From contig CAUSCO010000026.1 in the NCBI GenBank assembly GCA_963530265.1, forward strand, positions 5,138 to 69,137: 64,000 nt of DNA. Reading direction: 5' to 3'. The notes under the pieces are model-generated. The model had not been told where the DNA came from and did no database searches. It saw only the letters and a list, made by a program, of their open reading frames with translations. Positions 51,742 through 62,504 of the stretch are shown piece after piece. How positions within the stretch are numbered: position 1 is the first letter of the stretch; every line of letters begins with the position of its first letter. The DNA comes from an uncultured Bacillus sp. (lineage in GTDB: Bacteria; Bacillota; Bacilli; Bacillales; Cytobacillaceae). A program made the position numbers and the translations under genes.

Positions 51742-54060
51742 CTACTCCTTTATATTTTCGGAAATTTTTATATGTCCCGCGCCCGATGTGCCGATTATTG
51801 TTGCGATAAGTACCGAGCATATCATTGTTAGCGGACTTAACAGATACGCCGAAAGCGGATTGACCGCAAAATTAAACGTTGACACTCCAAACGAGGAGAT
51901 TAAAGTACCCGCAAGTAACTCTCCGAGAGTGTTTGCCAGAAGCGTGCCGATAACAATTCCGATAATCAGAACAAATACCGAACGCGAGACATACTGTGCC
52001 GTAACATCCGAGTTTGTAAACCCGAACGCTTTCATTATGGCAATGGAATATCTGTCCCTTGCAACAAGCATTTTCATAAACAACAGTGTAACCATTACCG
52101 TTATAATCAGTGCAACGGCAACCGCTGCGTAGGAGGCCTTTTCGACGGAACTTATTGTCGATCCGAATGTCTGTGTAACAAATTCATCAATGTCTGAAAC
52201 CTTTGCAAAATCAAACCTGTCCGCATATTCCGAAACCTTTCCGTTGACAAGAGATTTATCCGAAAGTTCAGCACAGACAATGCTCCACATAATGTCCGCC
52301 GAATTGTCGGTGAATACAGCCTTTGCGGTTTTGCCGCCGTTGGTAATGTCTGAATATATTCCGCTTACTGTGATATTTTTCTCCTTCCCTTCAATCACCA
52401 GCGTAATCACTTCTCCGACCTTTTTGCTCATCTCATCGGCGTTTATAGTTGAAAGAGCAATTTCGTCTTCAGCAGTCGGTGCCCTGCCCTCGGAATACTC
52501 TAAAGGAAAAATCGTATGGTCGCCGAGTTCAACTTTAATATTTTCCTCCGATCCGTCTTCCCTTTCTGCTTTGAATGTTTTTGTTGTATAGACGGCATAC
52601 TTTGAAATGGTATTGTCGCTGCTCATCGTTTTTAAAATTTCACCGGTTTTTTCGGAGATATTGTCAGCCTGCTGTACGTCAATGCGCATATCGTAGTTTC
52701 CAATACCCATATATTTGATGAAGCTTTTTGAGGAAATCGTGTTGTACAGGTTCTGCGGAACAATAATGATAAATGCCGAAATTACTAGCACCGCAAGCAT
52801 TGTGGCGTAAAGTCTTTTCCTTGCCAGAACATCTTTGATACCAAGAAAAATATTGGTGTTAAACAGCGTGTTTCCGCTCAAGCAAAAACGCTTTGTGCCT
52901 GCATTTTTTTCCTGTGAGGTGCCAAAGCGAATAGCTTCTGCAGCAGAAATTTTCCGAAAGCGTTTCAAAATAAAACTTATATAGGCAATAATTGTAAGGA
53001 ATACAAGCAGTATGCCAATGATTCCTAAAAGCAGGGCATAAGAGGTATTTTCGCTTTCACCCATATAAAGCTGGATATTTTCAAGAAGCATGCCTTTGAA
53101 CATAACCGAAAATGCAAAACCGAGAAGACTGCCTGCCGCCGCAATCGCTGCGTATTTCGCTAGATAAATCTTTTTTATGTCGGAAATACGCAGCCCTATT
53201 GCCTTCATAACGCCAATTTCGCGGTAGTCGTCTTCGATTTTCGCAAGGAGCGTAAAGCGTATGCACATAAATGCGATTGCAACGACAAGTGCACTTACAA
53301 GTAGTATGACCGCAATCATCATCCCGTCTGATAGTGCGTTAATCGATTTGAAAAGAGGATATGTAATTGTTGGCCCGTTCGCCTCAAGTCCTGCGGAGGC
53401 ATAAGCAGTTTCAAATGCTCCGAGCGCCGACAAATCTTTTAATCTGAACTCAATCAGATACTCCGTACTTCCCAGGTTTTTTATTTTCGTGTAATCATTT
53501 TCACTGACAAGAAATCTCTTAGAGGCGGAGAGCGTGGAATTCATCTGCGAATCGCGGAGAAATCCCGCAACGGTAAATTCCTTTCCGTTTATTACTGCCT
53601 TGTCACCGACCTTTGTGGTGTTGTCCCTCATATAGGTTATTGGAACATACAGTTCTCCGTCGGATACGTTTATGATGTTACCATCAAGATCAAGAAGATA
53701 ATCGAATTTTTCACTCTGTATGCTGAAACCGTTATCCTGAACATTATTCGCAAGCGAATTATCGCCCAAAATAATCTGTGCACCGTCCATGTTGAGAAAT
53801 TCAAGCACCTGAAATTCATCGACATTGCTATTTTTCTCTGCAAAAGATGTAAGCCGGGCCGTATCAATTTCACCCGAATGCATTTGCATAAAATGCGGAG
53901 TTTTAGCTTGTGTCATAAGCGTATCTAGCGCGACCGAAAGATTCACGACGAGTATCGCAGCGAGCGAAACAAGCATTGTCGCTGCTGTGACAAATATCGT
54001 TGTTGTCAGCGTAATCGCTTTGCTCATTAAAATATCATTGCGGATAATTCTGTAGAACAT
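51742..54060 (-). CDS. FtsX-like ABC exporter permease (duplicated)
   Basis: Two FtsX repeats, EIGVMKAIG and SIAIMKAFG. Confidence 0.9.
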   Translation of the reverse strand: MFYRIIRNDILMSKAITLTTTIFVTAATMLVSLAAILVVNLSVALDTLMTQAKTPHFMQMHSGEIDTARLTSFAEKNSNVDEFQVLEFLNMDGAQIILGDNSLANNVQDNGFSIQSEKFDYLLDLDGNIINVSDGELYVPITYMRDNTTKVGDKAVINGKEFTVAGFLRDSQMNSTLSASKRFLVSENDYTKIKNLGSTEYLIEFRLKDLSALGAFETAYASAGLEANGPTITYPLFKSINALSDGMMIAVILLVSALVVAIAFMCIRFTLLAKIEDDYREIGVMKAIGLRISDIKKIYLAKYAAIAAAGSLLGFAFSVMFKGMLLENIQLYMGESENTSYALLLGIIGILLVFLTIIAYISFILKRFRKISAAEAIRFGTSQEKNAGTKRFCLSGNTLFNTNIFLGIKDVLARKRLYATMLAVLVISAFIIIVPQNLYNTISSKSFIKYMGIGNYDMRIDVQQADNISEKTGEILKTMSSDNTISKYAVYTTKTFKAEREDGSEENIKVELGDHTIFPLEYSEGRAPTAEDEIALSTINADEMSKKVGEVITLVIEGKEKNITVSGIYSDITNGGKTAKAVFTDNSADIMWSIVCAELSDKSLVNGKVSEYADRFDFAKVSDIDEFVTQTFGSTISSVEKASYAAVAVALIITVMVTLLFMKMLVARDRYSIAIMKAFGFTNSDVTAQYVSRSVFVLIIGIVIGTLLANTLGELLAGTLISSFGVSTFNFAVNPLSAYLLSPLTMICSVLIATIIGTSGAGHIKISENIKE

Positions 54061-54536
54061 AAGTCACCTCTGTTTTCATGCATTTTAACCGATTTTACAT
54101 TATACAAAATAACCAAAGTCTCACATACCAGCACTCTCGCGATGGTAATGAGAAATTCCGTTCCTCTGCCGCTGCCCGTGCCGACTATAACACCACCTAA
54201 TGACCTAAAATTAATACTGTTTCATCAATGTTCTCCTCTCTATCATTTATTAAGTCTTCTTTAACGTAACTATACAATTGAACTGAATTTTGTTTAACAG
54301 TCCTTTGCTTGATTTCCATCTAAGACTTCAGGCTGATTAACCGGACAGGCTGAAACATAAAAAAATCTTTCCAGTTAAAATGGAAAGGTTTAATGAATAT
54401 CTTATGATGCATGTTGCTATATTTGAGAACAAAAAGTAATTATAGTTCTTTTTGTCTATATCCCTCTATATAGAAGAGGCGATGCTTTTTAAAAGCATCG
54501 CCTCCTACTGTGTAAAACAAGTGATCATTTACCATT

Positions 54537-55439
54537 TTATTCCGCAGCCATGGCATCTGCTTTCGTGACATGAACGGTACCACGTGGATGCTGTGGCGGT
54601 GCGTAGATTGAGTAAAGTTTTAAGGGGATATTCCCCGTATTGGTAACATTGTGCCATGTTCCAGCAGGGACCATGATGGCATAATTGTCATGGACCTTTT
54701 TCACAAAATCTAATTGATCTTTACGTTTTCCCATTTGGACAATCCCGTGACCTTGTTCAATGCGTAAAAATTGATCAATTGTAGGATGAATTTCCAAACC
54801 GATATCTTCTCCTACTTTGATACTCATCAAGGTAACTTGCAAATGTTGCCCTGTCCATAATGCAGTACGGTAGGTATTATTTTTCTTTGTAGCCTTCTCG
54901 ATATTAACAGCAAACGGCTCTGGACCATGATCTTTTAACTCAATTTTATGTTTTCCCCTAATTGATTGTAAAAATCCCAATCGTTTGGCATGCTCTATTT
55001 CATCGGTAGCTGCACGCAAGAATGCCTCTCGAACGGGTGAATTGGGTATAAACGTAGAACCATTTTGGTATAATTCATAATCCGCTAATTCCGCATGATA
55101 CGCCTTTTGCAATCCTTCTTCATAAGTATGAAAAGGAATTTTTTCGATTTGATACAAAGGCTGGCTTCGAGTAAGCATGATATATAGATTAGTAAATTGT
55201 TGTAAATGTACTTTTTCATCTTCTAAAACAGAAAGAATATCATTTTTATGCTGTTGATCTGGAGCTAAATCAGCTAATCGGCTATAAAAATCAATGGCAG
55301 AAGCTTCTCCTTGGATTCCAGCAAGTATAGCCTCATAAACCTCTTTAGGAGGGGCTTCTTGTTGATTTCTTGGCATAAAATTATTTCCTTGAGTGTTTGC
55401 GTAGTTAGGATATTGGTACGTTATAGGAACATGATACAT
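54537..55439 (-). CDS. ferritin-like (ExxH) + cupin fusion protein
   Basis: E..AIDFY, DEKVH, DEIEH; cupin GLEIH...DQFLRIEQG, PAGTWHNV. Confidence 0.8.
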   Translation of the reverse strand: MYHVPITYQYPNYANTQGNNFMPRNQQEAPPKEVYEAILAGIQGEASAIDFYSRLADLAPDQQHKNDILSVLEDEKVHLQQFTNLYIMLTRSQPLYQIEKIPFHTYEEGLQKAYHAELADYELYQNGSTFIPNSPVREAFLRAATDEIEHAKRLGFLQSIRGKHKIELKDHGPEPFAVNIEKATKKNNTYRTALWTGQHLQVTLMSIKVGEDIGLEIHPTIDQFLRIEQGHGIVQMGKRKDQLDFVKKVHDNYAIMVPAGTWHNVTNTGNIPLKLYSIYAPPQHPRGTVHVTKADAMAAE

Positions 55440-55537
55440 TTTTCTCATCCCTTCACAGTCATTCAAAGGTATCATATTCCTTCGTTTGTTGGGATGTGCT
55501 TCAAATTAAACTATCAAAAGAAATGAATACTTTCAAT

Positions 55538-56533
55538 TTAGATTAGTTCCCTTGCCAACAACCGATAAACGTTCAAGCGTTTCTCTTGGGAATGCGGAAT
55601 ACTGCAAATCATCGCTTCATCAAAGCCATAATATTCCTGCTCTTGCTGAAGTCTTTCCGCAATCTCTTTAGCAGATCCGACTAAGTGAAGTTTTTTACGA
55701 TTTTCCTGGATGTGCATCCGTTCCATTTCAGTTAATGGATGACTTTGTGCTTCTTCAGGCGTAAGCAATTGTCCTAGTTTCCCTTTCATCAACATAAGGC
55801 GGGCAATATCCTGCGGAAGGGCTTCATACTCTGCCTCTTCCTTCGTTTCCGCTGTGGTCACCAAATACGTTACCGAAATCTGAGGATTTTCCATAAAGGC
55901 GGAAGGTGTAAATTGGTCTTTATATAAATCTAAAATCTCCTTTGTCATTTCTCCATTGAAAAACTGAGCAAATGAATAGCCGACACCTCTGCGTCCTGCC
56001 ATAACAGCACTGTTACCAGTAGACCCCAGTAGCCATGCTTCCGGCAAAACCACTTGGGATGGAGTAGCAATTGTTTTGTTGTACAAATTATGTTCTGGTA
56101 CTTCATCTTTCATTAACTGTAAGGCAATATCAAATTTTTCATACATATTATTCACCATAGGCGGGCGTCCTTCGGATAAGGCATAAATCGCGTAATTATC
56201 TCCACCGGGTGCGCGGCCAACGCCAAAATCTATCCGACCGGGTGAATAGGCACTAAGTGTTTTAAACACTTCCGCCAGTTTCAATGGCGAATAATGCATC
56301 ATCATCACGCCGCCTGTACCAATCCGAAGTTTTTTTGTTTTAGCAGCCAAATGGGCGGCCGACACTTCGGGAGCAGAACTGGCATAAGATCCGGTACCAT
56401 GATGCTCGGCCATCCACATGCGGTGGTAACCTAATTCATCTGCCAAAATGGCTAATTCTTCCGCTTTCTTTAATGCACCTGCAGGAGGATTTCCTTTCGT
56501 GATTGGCGCTTGATCAAGCACACTTAATCTCAT
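55538..56533 (-). CDS. luciferase-like (LLM) flavin monooxygenase
   Basis: LSVLDQAP, W.AEHH, IGTGGVM, GRIDFGVGRAPG. Confidence 0.92.
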   Translation of the reverse strand: MRLSVLDQAPITKGNPPAGALKKAEELAILADELGYHRMWMAEHHGTGSYASSAPEVSAAHLAAKTKKLRIGTGGVMMMHYSPLKLAEVFKTLSAYSPGRIDFGVGRAPGGDNYAIYALSEGRPPMVNNMYEKFDIALQLMKDEVPEHNLYNKTIATPSQVVLPEAWLLGSTGNSAVMAGRRGVGYSFAQFFNGEMTKEILDLYKDQFTPSAFMENPQISVTYLVTTAETKEEAEYEALPQDIARLMLMKGKLGQLLTPEEAQSHPLTEMERMHIQENRKKLHLVGSAKEIAERLQQEQEYYGFDEAMICSIPHSQEKRLNVYRLLARELI

Positions 56534-56673
56534 TCATCATAATTCCCTTCTAATTTTTTATTTACTTCCTTTCTTATGAAGTTAGTAGTAGGAAGATTAA
56601 CTAAATACAATCTTAATTTGTTTTGTTTTCTAAAGAGATTCATACAAGAAAGCCCTTAACAAGGAAAAAATCT

Positions 56674-56943
56674 TTAATCTTGGATTAAAGCTGGTGCGTA
56701 TTTCTCTAAGACATCACGTTGAATACTATAGTACCGGTATGTACCTTCTCTTCTTATCGTTAGTAATCCACAGTCTATTAATAATTTTAAGTGGTGTGTT
56801 AACGTTGAATTAGCTTGAATATCTAACTTATTCGCCATTTCTGAACAAGCCAACTCAGGGTGAACAGCCAATTCTTTTACGAGTTGTAAACGAGTTGGCT
56901 CACCAAGTGCTTTATATACTTTTACTGCCCTCTCATCGTTCAC
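56674..56943 (-). CDS. ArsR/SmtB-family transcriptional regulator
   Basis: KALG.PTRL, STL.HHLK.L, REG..RYY. Confidence 0.88.
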   Translation of the reverse strand: MNDERAVKVYKALGEPTRLQLVKELAVHPELACSEMANKLDIQANSTLTHHLKLLIDCGLLTIRREGTYRYYSIQRDVLEKYAPALIQD

Positions 56944-57151
56944 ATTTACACCTCTATTCTATTTCGATGTTTATAGAAATAAAGATACTCTTCCTCTTAT
57001 TTATTTGCAAACATTTAAAACCGAATCGTTCATTGCGTTCCTTTCCTTTACCGAAAAAAATAAACTCTCAATCCAAAAGATGTAGCCATTTGGAACACAC
57101 GAGATCAAAGACGCTTTAAAACACCACAGGAAGCTTGGACTACATTGACAC

Positions 57152-57618
57152 CTACAAGTAAAAGTAGGACAACAGGTTAAATTCATAATCCGATTCAAAA
57201 GCCCAAAGAAAAATAACAACGGGGATCCAGTTCAAGTAGATCACGTGGATTTGATTGCTGGTGATGTTACGGGGAAAGCTTTACCAGGTACAGCTGCATA
57301 CAATGATGACAACAACGATAAACCAAAGTTGTGAAACGCTTTACTAGCCAAGACTGGAAAACGGACCGTGACGGATTCAATGTCATTACTTATACTGTGC
57401 TTGCAGATAAGGATCAATATTTCCGTCTCAGAGGCACCAACTTGGGGATCAATGTCCCAGGAGAAACGAGCAACGGTGAGCCATTAATCGACCCTGCAAC
57501 CAATATTGCAGATAATGAGACACGTTTTACTGAAATCAACAAACGGAACTATCAAGATCTATGGTTTTATTCTAACCCGATCTTCGTCGGTGTCGATGAA
57601 AAGCCAAATAAGAAATAA
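57152..57618 (+). pseudogene. frameshifted C-terminal fragment of a large (probably secreted PHP/phosphoesterase-type) protein
   Basis: One frame reads IRFKSP..N.NGD..VDHVDLIAGDVTG and shifts near 57320 into KVVKRF..YFRLRGTN..DLWFYSNPIFV; no start codon or RBS. Confidence 0.65.
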
Positions 57619-57829
57619 TAGGAACCTAAAGCTTATAAAGCTTAATAGAATCAAAGAACAATATAATAAAAATTGTTCTAAAAAACCCGAAGAGGAAAGC
57701 CTAAAATATTATTGAGCTTTCCTCTTCGTCCTCTATGCTATTTAGCCCAGGACGTATGCATAAAAATCAATATTCCTTTGTGCATCGTTTACCATGGCTG
57801 AAATATGATAAATGGGATTTCATATGGAT

Positions 57830-58447
57830 CTATTTGGGCCTTTCAATTTCAAAGATCTCCCCGATTTTGGCGTAATTATTTCCAGCCAATCGACTTACAG
57901 CTGCTAAGCCATTCGGATTGATTCTTCCGTTTTGATAAATATCCTTTTCAATATGAAATTGAACAACTTTTCCTATAACAAGATCACATCCTGGCGAATC
58001 AGATCCTCCTAATTCAATGGAATGCTCCAATGTACATTCCATACGAATTTTTGCTTCCTTTACACCTGGTACAGAAACCTTAATACTTTCGACTGGAGTT
58101 AGTTTAGCTAACTCTATTTCACTTTGATTTGGAGGTAGGTTTGCAGCAGTTTTATTTATTTTTTCAACATTTTGTTCGTCAACGATATGAACTACAAATT
58201 CCTTAGAATCCATGATGTTTTTCGTCGTATCTTTTAGTTGTCCTTTTGAGCGTTGAATAGCTAAAGAAATCATCGGGGGATTGGATGTTACGATATTAAA
58301 ATAACTAAACGGTGCACCATTCAAAACACCATCCTTCGAAATCGTTGTGACAAATGCAATCGGTCTAGGTATAATGCTGCCTATTAAGAGTTTATAATTT
58401 TCTTTTTCGGACAATGAGGTTGGATTTATTGATAGCAAAATAATCAT
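57830..58447 (-). CDS. flavin reductase family protein (YwrF-like)
   Basis: IIPRPIAFV, N.APFSYF, KDT..NI, V.RLAG..Y. Confidence 0.9.
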   Translation of the reverse strand: MIILLSINPTSLSEKENYKLLIGSIIPRPIAFVTTISKDGVLNGAPFSYFNIVTSNPPMISLAIQRSKGQLKDTTKNIMDSKEFVVHIVDEQNVEKINKTAANLPPNQSEIELAKLTPVESIKVSVPGVKEAKIRMECTLEHSIELGGSDSPGCDLVIGKVVQFHIEKDIYQNGRINPNGLAAVSRLAGNNYAKIGEIFEIERPK

Positions 58448-58459
58448 CCCTTTTCATAT

Positions 58460-59398
58460 TCAGTCTAATTCTCTAACATCAAAAGGTAACAAACCTTTCT
58501 CTTTCTGCCCTCTATATTGTTCATACTGTTCAGGCAGCATTAATTTTTCTCCCATTGTTTCTTGTGATTCATCATGTGCGAATCCTGGTGAATCAGTCGC
58601 AATTTCAAATAGAATTTTCCCATGCTCTCTAAAGTAAACAGAATTGAAATAATTTCTGTCCTGGACAGGAGTGACAACATACCCCTTTCCTGCAACATAC
58701 TTTTGCCAATCCAATTGGTCTTCATCATCTACAGCCCGCCATGCAATATGATGGACTGTTCCCACACCCATCTTCCCACGGCCACTTTGTGTTAATTTAA
58801 GGTCGATTATATTTCCTATGTCGGCAGAAGAACGAAAGCGAATGAAGTCCTCTTCTTTTCCAATTAGTTCAAGGCCCATTACTTTTTCTAACAATTCGGC
58901 AGTTTTTTCAGGCTGTGTCGATAAGAGAGTAGCACCACTAAAACCTTTGATAGCAACATTAGGTGTTACCTCAACAGAATTCCAAGCATTAATTTCTCCA
59001 TCTTCTCTTTCAACAATTTCCAAGTGAAGACCATGCGGATCATCAAATTTCAAATACTGCTCTCCAAAGCGTTCCGCGACAGTAAAAGGAACATTTAATT
59101 TTTCAAATCGTTTTTTCCAAAATTCCATCGCACCTATTGGAACAACATATGATGTTACTCCTACTTGACCGTCTCCAATGATTCCTTGCTTAGCTCCTGC
59201 CCATGGAAAGAAGGTAATAATTGTTCCTGGTTTTCCACCTTCATTACCAAAATAAAGGTGATAAGTACCTGGATCATCAAAATTTACGGTTTGTTTCACT
59301 AATCGTAAACCAAGAACTCCTGCGTAGAAATCGACATTTTCTTGGGGGTGACCTACGATTGCCGTAATATGGTGAATCCCCACTGTTTTTTTACTCAT
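58460..59398 (-). CDS. ring-cleaving dioxygenase (MhqO/MhqA-like)
   Basis: GIHHIT, VKQTVNFDDP.TYHLY, HHIAWR, DRNYF.S.YF. Confidence 0.92.
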   Translation of the reverse strand: MSKKTVGIHHITAIVGHPQENVDFYAGVLGLRLVKQTVNFDDPGTYHLYFGNEGGKPGTIITFFPWAGAKQGIIGDGQVGVTSYVVPIGAMEFWKKRFEKLNVPFTVAERFGEQYLKFDDPHGLHLEIVEREDGEINAWNSVEVTPNVAIKGFSGATLLSTQPEKTAELLEKVMGLELIGKEEDFIRFRSSADIGNIIDLKLTQSGRGKMGVGTVHHIAWRAVDDEDQLDWQKYVAGKGYVVTPVQDRNYFNSVYFREHGKILFEIATDSPGFAHDESQETMGEKLMLPEQYEQYRGQKEKGLLPFDVRELD

Positions 59399-59533
59399 TT
59401 TATTCACTCTCCTTGATTATATAGTAAAATCCCTGTGTTTTTAAGAATGTGATAGCTTAATTTTTCCCTAATATAGAATTTAAAATCTATTTTACTATTT
59501 ATCACATTTCAAGAATCTTTAAACTGAGATATT

Positions 59534-59932
59534 TTAGAATAAAAAAGCATCTAAAGAATATTGACCAGGACCTGTTAGAGCTACACCTATAGCAACTACA
59601 AGCAATGTAAGGTTAAATTCATAACCATTTGAAGTTGCCCATAATCCGTTTGCAGCATGTACCTTAACAATTGCTATAACCATCGTCCCTGCAATCATGA
59701 TTCCTGCAAGTGGGGTTAAGAATCCTAAAGCAAACAAAATTCCTCCAAAAAGTTCTGCTAATCCTGCTAAAAGAGCCATTATTACTCCTGGTTTAACCCC
59801 AATAGATTCAAACCAACCTCCAGTACCTTTTAATCCATAACCACCGAACCAACCAAATAATTTTTGAACACCGTGACCTATGAATAATACACCAATTACC
59901 AACCGAATTAATAATAATCCTAAATTTATCAT
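59534..59932 (-). CDS. DoxX-family protein (MhqP-like)
   Basis: [27 protein letters not shown]. Confidence 0.9.
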   Translation of the reverse strand: MINLGLLLIRLVIGVLFIGHGVQKLFGWFGGYGLKGTGGWFESIGVKPGVIMALLAGLAELFGGILFALGFLTPLAGIMIAGTMVIAIVKVHAANGLWATSNGYEFNLTLLVVAIGVALTGPGQYSLDAFLF

Positions 59933-59962
59933 GATAATTTCCTCCTACATTTCGTTTTATTT

Positions 59963-59980
59963 TATCTCGAATTCGAGATA
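59963..59980. promoter_or_regulatory. MhqR operator (perfect palindrome)
   Basis: TATCTCGAATTCGAGATA; related ATCT-N8-AGAT sites at 60094-60111 and 59514-59531. Confidence 0.8.
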
Positions 59981-60000
59981 TTTTACCAAAATAATTTATG

Positions 60001-60073
60001 CTATAATCTTGTATGAACCTTTTTCAAAAGTTTAACTAATCTCTCAAACTCATCAGCATTAAAAGAACCTCCT
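60001..60073 (-). pseudogene. probable deletion scar of a MarR-family repressor
   Basis: AGGAGG RBS abuts an out-of-frame C-terminal helix NADEFERLVKLLKKVHTRL*. Confidence 0.5.
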
Positions 60074-60205
60074 AAAACTATTCTTAATTAAAGTATCTTG
60101 AACATGAGATAATATTATAGCTTATTTTCTTCTATGTCAATAACCATTTTATTATTATTTTCTTCTCTTTATAAATTGAATTTTGGATTCACGTTTTAAC
60201 CATAT

Positions 60206-60391
60206 CTACCCTGCATAATGTTCATTTCCATCATCACCTACAATTGAGATGGACCGAATTGTTGCATTTGTTTGAAGTCCCTGAATCTGGATTTTTGCGT
60301 CTTCCATACTGGTAGCCGATACATTTTTGAAAAAAGTGACTCCGCCTAACTCATATTCAACAGAAAAAGTGGTTGATTTGTTTTGCTCCAT
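60206..60391 (-). CDS. small hypothetical protein (61 aa)
   Basis: AAGGAGGA RBS; no family recognised. Confidence 0.7.
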   Translation of the reverse strand: MEQNKSTTFSVEYELGGVTFFKNVSATSMEDAKIQIQGLQTNATIRSISIVGDDGNEHYAG

Positions 60392-60713
60392 GATTTGTCC
60401 TCCTTATTTCTATATCGAAAGTCAGATATTAGTCCATTAGTAGCTTAATTTTAACTTCCCCCATATTGAAAAGGTTTATTAATCAAAATTACAGGGGGGG
60501 GATTCATTCATTGATGGCAAATCCACTTCCTTAAACTCTTTTTTAAATACGAAGGATAGGAAGCTTATTAAATACCTATTATTTTAAAAAATATTAGCAA
60601 CACAAACATAAAATTACCATAAATTTTTGTTTTATTTAAAAAGACAGGAAGTGCGATAACGGTTTTGATGCCGTTAATTGCCCTCCCTGTCTTTTTTATC
60701 AAATATAAATCAT

Positions 60714-62504
60714 CTATTTTATCTGAACAAAAACATATACCATGGCCGAACCAACCGGTGGACTGGATTCCTTTTCCATATCTAGTGTTTGAACGAATAA
60801 GGTCATTTTTGCTTGGTTATTTTCTTTTGTAAATGTAGCCTCTTCACTCGAGATTAAATGTTCTCCATGGTAGACGGAAAACTTATCAAAAATTTCTTCC
60901 GTTTTAAAAACAAGGAGACTTTCCTTATTTTCGTTCATTAATTTAATATTAACTTCGTCATCACTGACATCTGATAATAAGGTGTATTGGCTACCTGCTT
61001 TTTCAATTTTATACTGTTCATCACTATTATGATTGGTCCTAGAAAGGCTCATTTGGATAAAGAAATCATGTCCTGTTATCGGAATTGGAGTGGGTTGTTT
61101 CACACTAATGTAAGTATAATGATCAGTGCTAAATTTGTCAGGATTTCTATATTCGTCAAAACCAAAGGTAGGACGAAAATCTTCATAGCTATTAAAATCT
61201 TTTGGTAAGTAAGAAAGCTGGTTGGTATAATTCATCCTGCTTAAATAATTTATGGCATTTGTTATTTTCTCTTTATCCTTATCTGGGATAGATTCCCTCG
61301 GCGTAATTTTATTGTTTTCTAACATATTATTTTTCACGAGAACATCTTCTAGTGTATTCATCTGACTATGTTTGCTAATGGTAAAGGCATCAACTGGAGG
61401 CAGTATCGATATGATGGCAAACACAATTAGGATGGGAGCAATCACTCCATTTTTTCGAACTGACAAGAAACTCAATAAGATACCAGAAATTACTGCAAAA
61501 AGTCCAAACAAGATAACATAATAGCGGGTATGGGTAATACCTGTATCTGTTAAGGTTATCAACGAGGATATAATCTGGAATACGACTATCGGTACAAGTA
61601 ATTTAGGAAACACTTTTCTAAAGAAAACGGTAAACTTGTTTTCTAGCTCACTTGCTAATATATATACTAGAATCACAGTAATCGAATAGGATACAAGCAT
61701 AGGTTCTAGTAAATTATCCGTCCAAAATTGTCCGCCAATATTTTTAATAATGTAAATGACTAAAATTAACGTAAACACAGAAATTAAAGGAATGAGAATG
61801 TAGGAAATCAAAATGACTAAAAACTTCGGACAATTGGCTGCCTTTTCTATCCTTACTTTTTGAACAATACTATTTTCTTTATTCTTGTCTGCCACTCCCC
61901 GATAAACTGGAAACAGCGAAAGAAGATACATCGGGGCAAACAGAACAAAAACAAGATTTGCAGTATGTGCATAGGCATTACTATTTATCGTAAAAATCAA
62001 TTGGTTAATGGAAGCAAGTATGATGGTAATGCCAGCATAAATAACACCTGAAAAGAACAAGGTTAAAAAGAAAGATTTGAAAGCAATCATAAAGCTTTGA
62101 TTGAAACTGATGCTGCTTTTTATGACAGGCACCCAAATGAAGGCAATAAACAGAGCAAATAGAGCCACGGTTGTTCTAATTTCTATCTCCATACTTAGCT
62201 GTGGAGCTTGCCTAATGATGAGGTAATATCCCCCCGTTAACACAACCACCATGACCATTAAATTAAAACGGGTAGAGGTCTTAGAAAAAAAACGTTCATA
62301 GGCAACCTGTAATACAGCACTGAGAAAAGCACCAACTACAAAAGTTAACAGAAATTTAGAATTTTGCTTTCCGTCGTTGATCATATATGCATTTATTAGT
62401 GCTGCGGCCACGAGGAATATAGTCGTTAAGGGAAAACGGGCTATGGCATCATTCAATCCCGTAAGCCGATCTTTGATCTTTCTCATTAATTTCATCTTCT
62501 TCAT
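60714..62504 (-). CDS. DUF4153-like multi-pass membrane protein
   Basis: RFP at N-terminus, many TM segments, GIT..RY motif, soluble C-terminus. Confidence 0.75.
   Translation of the reverse strand: MKKMKLMRKIKDRLTGLNDAIARFPLTTIFLVAAALINAYMINDGKQNSKFLLTFVVGAFLSAVLQVAYERFFSKTSTRFNLMVMVVVLTGGYYLIIRQAPQLSMEIEIRTTVALFALFIAFIWVPVIKSSISFNQSFMIAFKSFFLTLFFSGVIYAGITIILASINQLIFTINSNAYAHTANLVFVLFAPMYLLSLFPVYRGVADKNKENSIVQKVRIEKAANCPKFLVILISYILIPLISVFTLILVIYIIKNIGGQFWTDNLLEPMLVSYSITVILVYILASELENKFTVFFRKVFPKLLVPIVVFQIISSLITLTDTGITHTRYYVILFGLFAVISGILLSFLSVRKNGVIAPILIVFAIISILPPVDAFTISKHSQMNTLEDVLVKNNMLENNKITPRESIPDKDKEKITNAINYLSRMNYTNQLSYLPKDFNSYEDFRPTFGFDEYRNPDKFSTDHYTYISVKQPTPIPITGHDFFIQMSLSRTNHNSDEQYKIEKAGSQYTLLSDVSDDEVNIKLMNENKESLLVFKTEEIFDKFSVYHGEHLISSEEATFTKENNQAKMTLFVQTLDMEKESSPPVGSAMVYVFVQIK

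Noticed and set aside
790..62051. Numerous 60-137-aa antisense or nested ORFs in the track (e.g. 790-1098, 16074-16406, 30088-30501, 44405-44746, 52190-52591)
   Set aside because: Shadows of well-supported genes on the other strand or frame, with no recognisable motifs
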